A DNA stretch of 17,336 nt, taken from NCBI GenBank assembly GCA_046758365.1, contig JBHIAC010000063.1, forward strand, positions 1 to 17,336. Direction: 5' to 3'. A program made the position numbers and the translations under genes. Numbering within the stretch: the first letter of the stretch is position 1; every line of letters starts with the position of its first letter. Shown piece after piece: positions 16,587 through 17,336 of the stretch. The stretch is from a bacterium. Lineage in GTDB: Bacteria; Zhuqueibacterota; Zhuqueibacteria; Oceanimicrobiales; Oceanimicrobiaceae. Under the pieces are notes generated by a model. It was not told where the DNA came from, searched no databases, and worked only from the letters and a program-made list of their open reading frames with translations.

Positions 16587-17057
16587 TTAATTTTTAATTA
16601 GATGGGCAAGAAATAGTCCCAAAGTAAACCAGATAGGAATGGAAATAATCATTGCCCAATTAAGTCCTTTTAGTGTATTAATTGATTTGCCCATGGCCTT
16701 TTTTTCTAATCCCCGTTCTATTTTTAACTTAAGTTCAGCTAAATCAACGGGCTTTATCAAATAATCGAAGGCGCCAATTTTCATAGCGTCAATGGCTGAA
16801 TTAACCTCTGGATACCCTGTGAATAAAATTACTTCAGTTTTACTATCCAAAGTTTTTATCTTATCTAACAAAGTGACGCCATCCATTTTAGGAAGTTTTA
16901 AGTCAGTGAGTACTAAATCTATTGGTAATTCTTCAAATTTATTCAAAGCCTCTTCTCCATCGCGTGCAATAATGGGGTTGTATCCCCAAAGCTTTAGCGT
17001 TTCAGACATTAATTGAACAATATCTTCTTCGTCATCAACAATCAATATATTTTCCAT
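16587..17057 (-). CDS. Response regulator: receiver domain plus a C-terminal transmembrane helix, no output domain
   Basis: ILIVDDE, LTDLKLP (phospho-Asp), FTG, GAFDYLIKP, followed by NWAMIISIPIWFTLGLFLAHLIK. GAGG RBS upstream. Confidence 0.92.
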   Translation of the reverse strand: MENILIVDDEEDIVQLMSETLKLWGYNPIIARDGEEALNKFEELPIDLVLTDLKLPKMDGVTLLDKIKTLDSKTEVILFTGYPEVNSAIDAMKIGAFDYLIKPVDLAELKLKIERGLEKKAMGKSINTLKGLNWAMIISIPIWFTLGLFLAHLIKN

Positions 17058-17160
17058 CTTGGAACCTCGCTAGAGCACATCCACAATTTTAAGAGTACCA
17101 AATAAAAACCAATAATTTGAATATTAAATATCAAAGGGAATTTAAGGATTACGATAAAAT

Positions 17161-17187
17161 GTATCGGCGATTAATTATTTTACTTTA
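17161..17187 (-). promoter_or_regulatory. Sigma28 (FliA/SigD)-type promoter for the response regulator
   Basis: Minus strand TAAA-gtaaaataattaatc(N15)-GCCGATAC, near-perfect consensus, about 100 nt upstream of the ATG. Confidence 0.7.
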
Positions 17188-17246
17188 GAGTAACTTGGAT
17201 TTAATGGTGAATTCTTAGAGATACGATAAAAGCATTGTGAAAAATC

Positions 17247-17276
17247 TTGACATTGAAGAAAAATTTGTTATATTAT
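17247..17276 (+). promoter_or_regulatory. Sigma70 promoter for the tRNA
   Basis: Perfect TTGACA (17247-17252), then TG-t-TATATT (N16) or TATTAT (N18), ending 10 nt before the tRNA. Confidence 0.75.
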
Positions 17277-17286
17277 AAGTACACAT

Positions 17287-17336
<50 letters not shown>

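Noticed and set aside
13127..17016. Short track ORFs 13127..13351, 13662..13859, 15936..16241 and 16792..17016
   Set aside because: Antisense shadows of the GDPD, M23, rhomboid and response regulator genes.
15906..17057. Rhomboid cleaving the tail anchor of the adjacent response regulator
   Set aside because: Based only on convergent adjacency. The anchor would be N-in, whereas known rhomboid substrates are mostly N-out single-pass proteins.

Overview
AT-rich bacterial chromosomal window. It runs from the 5' end of a type I R-M methyltransferase gene (hsdM, minus strand, cut by the left edge) to the 5' part of an initiator tRNA-fMet (cut by the right edge). Between them lie: a hairpin/REP-like cluster; an internally deleted APC amino-acid permease remnant; two divergently transcribed, ACT-less threonine-dehydratase-family PLP enzymes; a DUF5658-like membrane protein; a tightly coupled pair of uncharacterised genes; a surface-glycan locus (flippase, sugar-1-P nucleotidyltransferase, GT-C glycosyltransferase, D-glucuronyl C5-epimerase-family gene) interrupted by a collapsed defence/TA island (intact MNT, hollowed HEPN, DUF499 5' fragment); a GDPD / M23 peptidase / rhomboid run; and a receiver-only response regulator with a C-terminal membrane anchor. 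The most notable observations are the uncharacterised gene pair (one member with a degenerate zincin-like motif), several sigma28-type promoter matches in front of non-flagellar genes, the C5-epimerase coupled to a GT-C enzyme, and repeated 'hollowed-out' pseudogenes that keep both gene ends. All family assignments come from motif recognition by eye; no database searches were run.
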